A DNA stretch of 63,120 nt, the filler included, from Folioceros fuciformis (taxonomy: Eukaryota): NCBI GenBank assembly GCA_049999805.1. It is 9 parts of 9 records of this genome, joined end to end, with 100 filler letters (N's around TTAATTAATTAA, not from the genome) between each part and the next. Parts side by side here need not be neighbours in the genome. Positions count along the whole stretch, not along the records: positions 4,948 to 32,325 come from JBNGIO010001886.1; 8 more parts are not named here. One strand, given 5' to 3'. The notes under the pieces were generated by a model that was not told the origin of the DNA, searched no databases, and was given only the letters and a program-made list of their open reading frames with translations. Each line of letters begins with the position of its first letter. The stretch's first letter is position 1. Positions 13,791 through 29,980 of the stretch are shown here, piece after piece. Made by a program: the position numbers and the translations under genes.

Positions 13791-13797
13791 TTTTATA
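13791..13797 (-). promoter_or_regulatory. Putative TATA box (TATAAAA) for NRAMP
   Basis: The + strand ttttata reads TATAAAA on the minus strand; it is an AT element within a GC-rich upstream region. Confidence 0.5.
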
Positions 13798-15220
13798 CCT
13801 CCTAGTCTATACGGGACAGCGAAGGTGAGAAGTGGGTTTGTGGCGAGCGGCAGTCAGGCAGCATGCGCCCGGCCCAAGCTGGTGCCCGCCGCGCGCGTGT
13901 CGCGAATCTTCCTGCGCACTCGGACTCGGCCCCAGACCAGACCCGGGTCTTGAGCCAATCCTTTGCCGTCGTCACCACTCGCACGGTAACTGGCATTGTT
14001 GTGTTGTGTTGTGTTGTGTTCAGTTCTGTTGCTGCTGGACAATTCAAGGACTTCCAGGACTGGCCCTGAAACGCCCTCCAACACACCCTTACCGGGTGCC
14101 ACGTCGTGAGCGATCTCGAGTTTGAAACAGGAAAATCCTTGCAAGGGGTTTGCAGCCCGATCTTGGGTCTTCGAGTTAGGTAATTCCTGGAGCGCATTCC
14201 AACCAGCGCCGCGTCCTCCTGCAGCTTAGGGCGGGGGGGGGCCCTGAACGTGGGGATGGATGGGTGGGTGGACGGATGGTGTGAAGTCGGGGTCCAGTGA
14301 AGTCATATTCGCCTACGCCCTACCTACACGCCAGGCTTGTCCAGGAGGAAGTCGTCCTGCGCATGCCCAGCAAGTGCAGGATGCGAAGAAGCCCTGGAAT
14401 CGTCTGCCGAATCGCCCATTCGCCAAGTGAGATAACGAAAGATACATAGAAGGGTGGAAGCCACACGCGCAAAATCCCCACCCGGATTCTCCTCCCCCTG
14501 CGCGCAAGGAGTGTGCGCCCCCGTGGATGGCGTTCATGGATATCGGACTGGAGCTTTGGAAATCGGTCAGAATCCAAGCCCAGGTCCGATCATGGACGAA
14601 GGTAAAGTGCCCGTGCCCGTAATCAGCATCAATTTGCACACCGGATTATCGCACACTGGTTGTACTGAGTTACGGCCAGCATCAATCAAGAGTTCTGGTT
14701 TGTAACAGGGACGAGAAGCAAGTAGGGCCTGTAGCAGCAAGTAGGCAAAGTACCCACAAAATGCGGAGACTGGAACGGGAGGCCTGTGGTTTCCTCTGCA
14801 GAATCTGCTGCCACATATTTGTGAGCTGTAAGGAGATGCGTGCTAGGCTAGCCCTACGGTTTTAAAAGGTAGGTGACAGGTTTACTCGTTGATCCAGTCA
14901 AGTGTCATACCACCCCGACGCAGCTCCACACACAGGTCCCAACTGAGGGAGAAGAGAGAAGCAGGTAGCTGTAGGCTTCACAGTGAAGAAATCCCTTCTT
15001 CCCCCATTCCCCCTTTGCTCAGCTTTCCACATCCGTGCCTCAGGATCGTCATCGGGATCGGGACTCATCTCCGCCGGACCTCGGCCTATGCGCGATTCAA
15101 ATTCGCGGAAGGAGGAATGCTCGCGCGCACTCGAACGGCATCGCCACGGGATCTGCTGCCCATTCCCCATCGGCGCCCATTCCTATGAGGGAGGATCCCC
15201 TGGAGTCGCGAGGATCTTCC

Positions 15221-20131
<4,911 letters not shown>

Positions 20132-20612
20132 CAAGGGGTCATACGCTTGCTCGATTCCAGGGCCTCTGGGGCACATTGCTCGCCATTGTCCTTGCTGTGT
20201 TGTCGTTCGTAACTAAAAACGATCTGTTTGCAAGCCGTTTGCCTTGATTGTACTGTACTCCTCTCCGTGTGCTTGCGACTCGTAGCAATCCTAAACACTT
20301 TTCTCACCATCCATTTCTACAGCCTGTAATGCACGGAGAGGAGAGGAGTTTTGCCACAAAAAAACAGGCATGGCAATATTTTTTGTGCGCACAGTATTAT
20401 GACGTACCAACAGAACAGAGTCCCCGGCACTTCTACTGCCAAACCTCTTACCCCAGAAATCACAGTCCATGGCTGAAGGCGAGTAGCCTCCGTCGGGGCG
20501 GAGGGAGGGGATGGGCTTCGTAGCCTCAAACCCTCTGAAGCAACAGCCCGCTTGACGTCCAAGCCACATCTGGTTCCTGTGGCCATCGAATTCAGCAAGG
20601 AAGTTGCAGCGC

Positions 20613-20842
20613 AGGGTAGCTAGACTCAAACCCAAACGTGAGGGTTAATGTGGCCATCGTAAGGCGAGTTCGCAACGCGTGCGCGTTAGTGGAGAGTTGA
20701 AGTGCGTTCCACAAATGGTTTCCATGGCACGGGGTAGCGAGACTCAAACCCAAACCTGAGGGTTAGTGTGGCCAGAGGCATGCGAGTTCGCAGCGCGTGC
20801 GCGTTACTGGAGAGTTGAAGCGTGTTCCACAAATGGTTTGCA
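20613..20842. repeat. Imperfect tandem duplication, about 118-bp unit x2, just upstream of the Dabb gene
   Basis: gggtagc.agactcaaacccaaac.tgagggtta.tgtggcca...tggagagttgaag...ttccacaaatggttt occurs at about 20613 and 20731. Confidence 0.85.
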
Positions 20843-20892
20843 CAAAAAAGTGCTGATCGGAGTTTCGCGCAGCAACTGCACTGCTGGAATCC

Positions 20893-22566
20893 ATGGCTAG
20901 CACAGGGTGGAAGCGGATAGTGACCTTGTTCATGGTGTCCGCTGCACTGGTTGCCGCGATCCAAGCAAGTGATGAACTTGAAAGGAGGTGCGCTTTTTCT
21001 CACAAGCCTCATATAGCGTGATCAGAATGCTGTCTTTCCGGGTGGATCGATTGTGACACAAGGCTCCGTTGATGACGAGCTGTCAGGGTGGTGATGACTG
21101 GGTAGCAGGAACGTGGTGGATCATGTAGTGTGCTTCCAGATTCCTCACCTTTCCACCGAGCAGGAACACGCGCTGTTGCAGGCCATGTGGGAGTTGCAGT
21201 TCAAGTGCACTGAAGCTCCTGATGGCCTCTCCATCTCTTCCCTCTCCGCAGGTGAGCCTCGTGATCACGTCCAAGCTTGTGATTGCAGCCGGAGCTTCTC
21301 TGCGAAACTTGTGCTTTGTGGTTATGCCCGGACGCTTGTCGGCAGGACAGGCCGTCTTGTCAGTACCGAGACCAGTCGCAACTGCACCTACGCTCTGTTT
21401 GTGAGGTTTCCATCTTGGGAAGACCTATACACCTACTGGAGGCATCCTTGCAAAACTGAGGTTGCCGACAAGTACATCGTCCCTTTCTTCGATGTGAGGA
21501 GTTGCCAATGTGCCCTTGCCCTGTCCATGGACTTGATAGCTCAAATTCCTTTTGTTCACTATGTTCTTTAGATCTCTTACACCTGTGAAGCCTTGTCCTG
21601 CAGGGCGAGGTCGACGTAGACTACGAGGCCGAAGTTCCCAACACCATCGCTGCTGTTGAACGGAAAGGCCCGGTATGATCTCATCTGCCCGCCGTTATCT
21701 TGATCTAAGAAGTCTCTGGAAATGATTGCGGTGCAACGCGTCATACTTGTGTTGCAAACGTGAAACGTGAAACTGGCAGAGTTTCGATTCCGGGGTGGAG
21801 CATGTGGTGCACGTCCTGTTGAAGGACAGCACTGAAGTGGAAGCTGTCTTACAAAAATTGGACACCCTAGCCACCGAGCTGGGCCCCGATCTCATCCTCC
21901 AGCAAACGCGGGGTACGCTGTTTGCCACTTCGCACAATCTTGCGTACTTTTTCAAAGGCAAGTGCCGTGTCCGTGGCGATCGGTTTGAGTTCTGACACCT
22001 GTGAAATGAACGCACTGCCAATCGCAGGCTTCAATTTGTTCCCAGTGGAATTCGAGCAGCGAAGTAAGAATCCGCATTTTCAAGTCGGTGTCGTTGCGCG
22101 TGTAGCATCAGGTAACATGATTCTGCCAGCTTTCTCGTCCGAAACGGAACATTCTATTCCCAACACGTGTCTGACCGATCTGAACCCGTCCGTGGCGAGG
22201 AAAATGCAGAGGAGGTTGCGGAAATGTACGACAAGCATCCCATGTTCTTAAGTGTAAGTAAATTACTGTGTACTGTTCTGGCCACTGGTTTGCTTGCAAG
22301 ACCTGGCGCCCCCGTATGAGGCGTGACAATCGCGTTCCTGTGCTCACAGATTTTGGAGAAGACCACGACATTCATGTCATACACCTACATCCCCTTTGTC
22401 CCCGCTGCCACAAGCTACATCGCCTCGTCCTAGAAGCTGTGCGTGTGTCCGGGTTTGCAAACTGGTGAGAGACTGTTGGAAACCGTTGCCAACTTTATAT
22501 GCTACATACATGCCTGGCTCTATGTGGCTGGGAGTAGGTAATAACGTCGGCTTGGTTGTGTGGTAA
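20893..22566 (+). CDS. Stress-responsive dimeric A/B-barrel (Dabb) double-domain protein, multi-exon; 3' end uncertain
   Basis: Exons VVDHVVCFQ..EQEHALLQAMWELQF, NCTYALFVRFPSWEDLYTYWRHP, VDVDYEAEV..RKG and FDSGVEHVV resemble, as recalled, the plant two-Dabb-domain family. Exon 1 (20893-20987) splices in phase to 21109. Confidence 0.75.
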
Positions 22567-23309
22567 AGCCGCTATTTGCTCTGCCCATGAGTAGAAATTG
22601 AAAAGAGGTAGTGGTGCAAGTGTAAGAGAAGCATCCTATTTTCTAAAATTGGAAAGAGGTAGTGGTGCCATGTGTAGGAGAAGCATCCCATTTTCTGAAA
22701 TGTCCAGTCACTGTATGTGTCTAACTTGTCCTATAAGATATAATCCTTAAGGCCTTGCAATGTTGACATCTTCCACATAGTGTACCCCTTGGGAGTGTTT
22801 ATACGCTGTAGGGAGTGTTATCCGCCATAAAGCGGCCTTGAATGTTGAGTAGGATTGGAGATCTGCAATGATAGCCGCCACGGCTCCATGGCACCTGTCC
22901 GAGGTATACAACAGGAAGAATCGGGGAGACTTGTGTACGAGGTCTGCAGCAGAGTGAGCCAGCGATATCGTGTGCTCAAGTGTCACCGTGCAACCTACAA
23001 GGTACGGGTTCCCGTGCTTCTTCGTGCGGGCACAGGGGAACGTGGCGGAACCGGAAAGCTGGCTTGTTTTGGAACCGAGCACATGCGATCGATTCGGTCT
23101 TGGCGGACTCACAGAATTCTTCTCCTTCACGGGGCCGGTAGTGCTCCCGGACGGGAGGTCGGCAAATACTTGGGTCTATATTTTCTGTGGACAGGTGTTT
23201 TTTGAAAGCCAGTGTTGGACGGGAGGTCAAGCGAATCTGCGTCTTGAAGGGAACTCTGTGTGTGTGAGAAACCAAGCTATCGCCGCGGGGGCTGCAAGGT
23301 GCGAGAGCC

Positions 23310-24285
23310 ATGGCAGACACAGGAAGATAGGCGGCGGGCGGGGCCGGCCTGGAAGTGAGCGTGGAAGAGAGCACGCTGAGGATCGGGGCAGTGACGGTGT
23401 ACTTTAACCGCACTATCCGCATTCCTGACCATGGTAGAACTTACCCCTTGCCGCCGAACCTGGGCGCGTTCCCCCTGCGGAGAGTGGCAGATTACGCGGG
23501 CAAGGTCCCGGAGAAATGGCGGCAGCACTGCGGGGTGTTCCTGCCCATCTTCCAGCGAGGGGCCACGTGACTTGGGTTCAGCGGGCGACATTGGCGGCCC
23601 AATGCTCTTAAGGTGGGCGTGGGCAAGGTGTGCGCCATCACGAGCACTCCATGGTCGGAGGAGCTGCATGCGGATCCGCAGGACTACGTGGTGGTGCCGG
23701 ACCAGCCCTGGTTGGACGGCATCAACAACGGGGACGGCACCATCCGGCAGTTCGTGACGATGCCCTTGGGGTTGGGATACAGCGTGGAGGACCAGGTGAC
23801 GGGGGAGGAGACTCACGGGAGGGTTGCAGCTCTGCGTCTTCGATGCCGTGCCGGGGAGGTTCCCGGACGAGCTGCCGCTGGGTCGACGCCGCCCGGGCGT
23901 CATATCCACCGACGGACCGTCCTCGGATGTGGAGATGGCCGTGGCTGTGGGGGGCAAGATGAAGCAGGACGTCTACGAGGATGACTACGGCCTGGACACC
24001 TGGGACCAGAAGACGAGAGGGCGGATTTTCGTGCATCTCTGTAACTCTAAAATGTGGACAAGGGTCACCGGGGAGGCTCCCCCAGAGTCGCCTCTGTCAG
24101 CGGCCACGTGTGCGCAACATGGGTACCCTTGGTTTGATCTGTACAATGAGGGCAGGGCAGCGGTCTCCGGATCGGATTTGCTGCAGGGGCTGAAGTCTCA
24201 GAAGGAGTTGGATAAAGAGAAGGGGCTGAAGTCTGAGAAGGAGTTGGATAAAGAGAAGGGGCTTCCGCCGCAGCAGAACGACTAG
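23310..24285 (+). pseudogene. Intronless GC-rich pseudogene of an uncharacterised bacterial/fungal protein family
   Basis: Reconstructed protein FNRTIRIPDHGRTYPLPPNLGAFPL..VFLPIFQR..QDYVVVPDQPWLDGINNGDGTIRQFVTMPLGLGYSVEDQVTGEE..GGLQL..GGKMKQDVYED..RIFVHLCNS..GYPWFDLYNE. Broken by TAG 23328, TGA 23568 and a +1 frameshift at about 23820. Confidence 0.8.
24185..24263 (+). repeat. 36-bp in-frame tandem repeat (GLKSxKELDKEK x2) at the pseudogene 3' end
   Basis: aggggctgaagtct.agaaggagttggataaagaga at 24185 and 24221. Confidence 0.9.
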
Positions 24286-25635
24286 TCCGTCCCTGTTCCT
24301 CACGTTGTCCAGTACCATAAAGTAGAGGATAGTGCCTGGTAGGGGGCGACGTGTTGTGGGCTTGTTGGCTGCAACGCAATTCCGCTCTACTCTTCTTGTT
24401 CCCGGAGTAGGCTACGAAACGAGCAGGTGTGGACGTTAGTCTCCTTTCCTTCGCAGACATTTCCCTCAGTTTAGCTGTTGAGAAGGTTGCAAATCTTGCA
24501 TTTTCTGGTTTCTTCGTGCTGAAATGGCAGATCATGCGGGTTTCACAGCCAGCCCATGTTGTGTTGTTTTTTGTTGTGGTGCGATTGGGGAAGAAGAGCG
24601 GTTCTCGAACAAATGAGCACTCACTTGCCGTCGGTGAACAAGCGATGACTTGGCGGTATGGTTTTCGGACCGTTCTTAATACTTCACGGTAGATTCTACT
24701 TTCCTCACCTTCCGTCACCGGAGGATGCATGAGAGCAGCCATGCCGCGGCCCCTTAGCTGGCCTTGTGAGCGTACAAACCAACAGCGTAAGCTAATTCTG
24801 GATCGCCATGCAAACCCGCGGTCAAAGCATTAGGAGCGCACTGTTCGCGGGCTCCCGTCCTGCTGACAGCGAGAGCGAGAGCGTTGAGGCTTATCCCCTA
24901 ACAGCCTAACCCCTATCAGACACCGGAAAGCCGTGTACACGTGGCTCAGGGAGAAGGAAACCGTGAACACCAATCGGCTGAGCCCAAGCCATGACCTCCA
25001 CTTTCCCGCTGGCTGCTAGGAACGCTGGAACTCCTCAGGGCCGCGGAAGGTAAAACGTGTCGGCCTGCTTCCGCCAGCCGCCATTGCCTTTGCTCGTAAC
25101 ACTGCGGCCTCGGAACTGGAGAGTGCATTTTTGGGTGCAGCGGCGAGTGGTCACTTTCTTTGTGTCATGTATGTGGAGCATCCAGTTACTGTAGACAGCT
25201 GTCAGCACTAGCGCTGTGGCCGGAAGGGTTATACTCTTCCACGAGCCCGTGCCTGCCAGGGCTGTCCTCAGCACAAAGACTTGTCGTTCTACAACTGAGG
25301 CTGCACCGATTCGATGAGGGCTGTTGGCCATAATCATTCCCACTAACGCGCCTCTCTACTCACAAACTTTAAATCTGGATTCAGGGTTTCTTTAATTCAG
25401 ACTGAACACAGTGTGGACTTGATGTCCTTGGGATGGCTACTGAATGAGACCATATGATTGCAGTCCTGTGAAGGGAAGGGTACTAGCCTTGTTACCTGTT
25501 GAAGGCATCAGCTTGAGCCGACGGTTCCCATCTTTCTGTCTGATGATGCCTGTTTTGGTTTGCACTTTGAGTCACCTGGCAGCTCATCCAACACTGAGGG
25601 AGACCTCACCGCATTAGACCATCGTGCTGCCGTAA

Positions 25636-25770
25636 CTCCTCAAAGCTCACACTGGGCCACGCGAGGTGTGCGTTCAATTGGCGAATCCGACCAAGGATCA
25701 TGCGCGCTGGCAGAGGCCCGAGGAAGTGCAGACTGACCATCCTGCCTACAAGATGGACATGCTGCATCGA
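25636..25770 (+). pseudogene. Isolated fragment of a GH9 endo-1,4-beta-glucanase
   Basis: LLKAHTGPREVCVQLANPTKDHARWQRPEEVQTDHPAYKMD resembles the GH9 motif LLKA....LxVQVGD...DH.CWERPEDM.T.R..YKID. No other GH9 exons were found. Confidence 0.6.
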
Positions 25771-26341
25771 ACTGTTGAAACATCGAAAGCAGGCATGCCA
25801 AAGTTCTACAGCAAGCATATAGATGTTACGCAGTTAGGCAGAGAGAGGGGCTTGAAAGTGTGGACAGTCGTCAATAAAATTAGTAGTAGTTGTGTTCAAG
25901 GCACGATTCTCAGTAACGAATGCCGCCACGGTGCATCCCTACCTTGGTACGCAAGATAAAGGCATTGTTGTTTGCCAGTGACAATGGTGGTGTTGTGCAT
26001 CGAGCCAACAAGTAGCGAATAGAAAGGAGAGACTTCTGGCCCTTTAGAAACCTGTCGAGTTACACGTGTGAACACAGCTATCCCCTTCTCGTCAAGCAAT
26101 CTAAGTTGAGCGCAAGCATAGAGATCGTGCAACTAGGCTGCCCGACAGCGAAGGGGTCTCTAATGACAACTTCAGCACGATATGTTTTCTGTAAGGTTCA
26201 AGCAGGACATTTGCACATGCATACTCCGAGAGCTTCCACTTCAGCAGTGGGCTGGAGGCGGAAATTTCCAGCGTTGAGCGCCGCGTTAATCATCCACTCG
26301 AAATCCGCCTCCATGGTGAAGCTTGCGTCGGTTTGCGCACT

Positions 26342-26587
26342 TCACTTGCAGTCGCACTTGTTGGCATCGTCGTTGCACTTGCTGCAGTCGGGGTCACCCC
26401 CGGCCACAACCGCCAGGACCAAGATCATGCTACTGCAAACACGTACACCAGCACAAAAATTGATGGACTGTCTCAAGCAAACGCTTCCAAATCATCATGG
26501 TCAAGACATTAAAGAAAGGAAAGCCATTTTCCAGCCCAGCAACTCTCGGCGTGAGCAGTGCAGCACGTACACATTTCCGTAGGCCAT
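26342..26587 (-). CDS. Tiny two-exon Cys-rich ORF (35 aa), metallothionein-like or small secreted peptide; may be decayed
   Basis: Exon 1 26587-26571, GT..AG intron 26570-26433, exon 2 26432-26342. They splice in phase to MAYGNVSMILVLAVVAGGDPDCSKCNDDANKCDCK*. Confidence 0.5.
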
Positions 26588-27159
26588 GAAGCTGCTGCGG
26601 GTCCGAGAAGCAAGAGATCGACGAGCAAGAAGTCGGAGAGAGGCAAACTTTAAGGCGGTGATGGCGAGTATGGAAACTGCCGAGCGGCTCCTTTATTCGC
26701 AGGGAGGGAGGCCTGAAATCGGTGGGCCTCTGGCCACTGGGTCCCGGTATCTACAGTGGGGCTTTCCGATTTGGTTTTCGCCGTCCGGCTGGTTGTCCCA
26801 AGTTGCAAGTTGCGGCAACCGCCAGTACGTTGAGCGTCGTACCAGTGCCAGAGGTGGTCCGATGCCAGAGATTGGCTCCAGGACCACATGAGGGGCTGGG
26901 ATTCCACAGCGGCAGCCCTTGACTGGTCTTAGGTTGGGTTCGGTTGCCATGGGCATTCATGAATACATTTTAGTTTCTCGTAATTTATCACTTGGTCGAG
27001 AGTTATAGTTAAAATAACATTTTCATTTTTCATAAATAATCACTCATATTCTTGGCTAAGAGTCATAGTCAAAGCAATATTTCATTTCTTGTTCTTTCTT
27101 TGAGCTCTCCAAAAGTGGGGTTGAGGGGTTAAGCTATCTAAATGCAGCGTCCGGTCTCC

Positions 27160-27306
27160 TTCAGTTATCACTCCCGCCCTTCGATTCAGTTATCACTCCC
27201 GCCCTTCGATACTTGGGGAATGTTGCCTCTTCGTAGAGACTTGAAGTCTTGGGTGTTCTTCGGGAATGTTGCCTCCTCGTAAAGACTTGAAGTCTTGGGT
27301 GTTCTT
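27160..27306. repeat. Two short tandem duplications (about 25 bp x2 and about 45 bp x2)
   Basis: ttcagttatcactcccgcccttcga x2; gggaatgttgcctc.tcgta.agacttgaagtcttgggtgttctt x2. Confidence 0.8.
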
Positions 27307-27466
27307 GTAGGACTTCCTGATTCTATTCATACTTATGTGGATGCAGCCGTAGATGAATGAGATTTGGCTCATATCATGGACCTCTCTCAAATTAGTGACC
27401 TTTATATTGCATTTTGTATTCTTTCATCATGTTTTGCATAGCGATTAGGTTACCTCACTAAAACTA

Positions 27467-27757
27467 TTGTGCCTTTTTTTATTAAGTCTCAAGAAGTTCA
27501 ATAATCTAGTTATGCAAGCTCTGAGGGACATCATAGGTCTTGGCACCTTCAAGTGTGTCATCGATGATTTGGCTCGGCAGCAAGCTTCCTTATTGATCGC
27601 TTTTGGAGGTGTGGGCCTTTTAGGCATAGAGGCCTCTGCTTCAATTTCCTTTCTTAGTAGCCAAGGTCCCATCTAACACATTGTCCCATCGGGAGGCACT
27701 GCATTGCTAGCCATGAAACAGTTCAAGATAGCATGTTCTCAATGGCTAGGGAATGTG
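27467..27757 (+). mobile_element. Internally deleted fragment of a CRE/REL-type non-LTR retrotransposon
   Basis: LARQQASLLIAFGGVGL..ASISFLSS (post-RT QASLP..GGLGL motif) is followed by HLTHCPIGRHCIASHETVQDSMFSMARE (H..C..GG....HD.VRD zinc-knuckle motif). Confidence 0.55.
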
Positions 27758-28395
27758 TTATGGATAATAATAATAATAATACATTACTATTTTACATTGG
27801 GTTATACCTAATATGAGGGTAAACCCTAAAGTCAGTTATTAGATTCATTTGCCAAGTAACCCCAAGGTACTATGGAAGGATGCCTCGCAAGAATTCTTGC
27901 ACGCAATCCTGGCCAGAGACTGAAGGGAGAAGGGCGCACCAATCATTTGAGTAAGAATTTGAAAGGAGGTACTTCAAGAAGGTTGTATCCGCTGCAGACA
28001 GGGCCTATTTCTTAAGCCCCTTCCTCAATTCTTTGGCCTCAATATCAAACAGCCATAACAGTGTGCAACTTTTGATAAACCTGAACCCAAAGAGAAGGGA
28101 GTTCAGGCCCATCGGCCTTCGTGTATTAAATACATGAAGAAATCGAAGCCTTATCCTGAGACTTTTACAAAGCATGAAGTCATTCTCAATTCTATTCTAA
28201 ATATCAAGAGCACAGTGTCAGAGTACACTACCAGAATTGACAACGTGCTATCCAGGCAGGAGAGGCTTGAGAGTCTTTGCATTTCAGACCTGATGACCAT
28301 GGCAAAACAGGAGTAGGAAATTATTGAACTCGGGAGAAACTTGCTCACTGACTAAAGCCTCCTTATAATTTTTGCCAAGACTGCTCGCAGGCACG

Positions 28396-29446
28396 ATGTC
28401 GGGTGCTGATGCTGACACATTGTCAGACAAGCTGCAAGACAAGGATAGACTCACCCTGAATAATTACGATGCCTGGAGCTTCAGGGTGCACTGCATCCTA
28501 GAAGAAAAACTTCTCATGGATGTTGTAGACGGTACTATACCTAAGAAGATTGCTGGACTGCTCTCTGGGTTAACAACACCAGGAGGCACTGTTATAAATT
28601 GGAACCTCAAGGATAAATTAGAGTGGGCGTTCAAGGATAGGAAGACACGTACCATACTTGTGTCTTGTGTCTCACATGAGATGATTTCTCATATAAAATT
28701 GACTCAGTCCTCAAACAAAGTTTGGTCACTTTTATCTAAAACCTACGAGTCAAAAGACATGATGACCGAGGTAGCTACAATGCTACACTTCCAAAATATC
28801 CGTATGAAGGAGACCGACGCCGTTGAGAGTCATGTTGCTAGGTTTAGGGCTGCTAGAGCCAAACTAGCATCTTACGGAGTCATCTTATCTGAGTCTAGGG
28901 CTATTGTACACTTGCTAGCCTCACTCCCTCCTAGTTATAAGCAATTTAGTTCCACTCAGCAAGCAACAACAATTGTAGTTCTTGCCACTGCCACTCAACT
29001 TGCATCATCAAACCTCACTGTTCAGAAAGTTGTTGGAGCCCTCCTACAGGCTGAAGCCAACAGAAAACACATGCAAAAGGGAGCATCCTCTAGTTCTTAC
29101 AAGTAGAGTGATACTGCCCTTTATTCTGGCAGAGGTCGAGGTAGAGGAAAGGGACGTGGACGTGGTGGTACAGGGGGCTTTGGCAGAGGACGTAGTCAGT
29201 CTTCGCAGCCCAATTCAAATTCCTCTTCATCAACCAAGCCTGGTAATTGCAATTATTGCAACAAACTAGAACTCTGGATTAAAGACCGCAGTAAGAGGAT
29301 TAGAGATGAAGTAGCAAAAGGTAAGCACACATCAGAGTCAAATACAACCAAAGCTAGTACATTAGGCTTACTAGTGGCGTGTCTTACCTCATTGAAGAAA
29401 AGGTGTCATAAGTGGTTTCTTGATAGTGGGGCCTCGAATCACTTGT
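28396..29446 (+). mobile_element. Degenerate Ty1/Copia gag-protease region
   Basis: RLTLNNYDAWSFRV gag N-terminus, UBN2-like core, stop at 29104, RGG-rich linker, decayed knuckle CNYCNKLELWIKDR, protease WFLDSGASNHL. Confidence 0.85.
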
Positions 29447-29476
29447 CGGCTCCATTTTGGCCTCTCATTTTTTTTT

Positions 29477-29980
29477 CTAAGATTTCCCTCTTCTTAAAGG
29501 TTTGATCTCACATGTTGAAGAGGGCGTTTTCCCATTATAGGCATTTCTTAGGCAAGCGAAGGACTCTTTGCCTTTGGACACATAGATCTTCCTTGTACAT
29601 GCTTCAGCCCCATACAATTCAATGTCGCTATCTTCAACTTCAATTGTAGCGTTTTCGGCATTGTCCACATTAAATTTGTCTATACGGAACGAGTCCAGAG
29701 TCCCATTTGCTACCACTAACTGACTGCCTATAAAAGTTGCCATGCACTCATACACACTATGATGAAACAGTTTAGACAACTTCTAGCCTTCTTGTTCTGC
29801 TTTCTCCATGTATCAAAAAGAGGACTTGCCAGAATGAGAATTCGGCCTCTCCAAGTCATTCATTTGTTTGAAATATGTTGTTAGAGCCTCCCACTTGTCT
29901 CAACATGGCTTCCTTGTTTTGTGATGTTGTAGCTTGACAGCAATACAAAACTTCCTTGCCACCTGACCTCAGTAGTGGCA
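29477..29980 (-). mobile_element. Degenerate trihelix/Myb-SANT-like ORF, probably PIF/Harbinger-associated
   Basis: The minus strand reads ..C*DKWEALTTYFKQMNDLER..GKSSF*YME..KLSKLFHHSVYECMATFIG, with stops. Confidence 0.5.

Noticed and set aside
14640-14710. Possible kinase-exon remnant (YRTLVVLSYGQHQSRVLV)
   Set aside because: Too short and weak to distinguish from chance.
23328-23570. Stops in the microbial-type gene rescued by RNA editing or readthrough
   Set aside because: The context is nuclear, TGA-to-TGG is not a plant editing type, and an independent frameshift exists. A pseudogene is the simpler explanation.
24864-24884. miR535/miR156-like sequence tgacagcgagagcgagagcgt
   Set aside because: About five mismatches to the recalled mature sequence and no fold-back partner seen.
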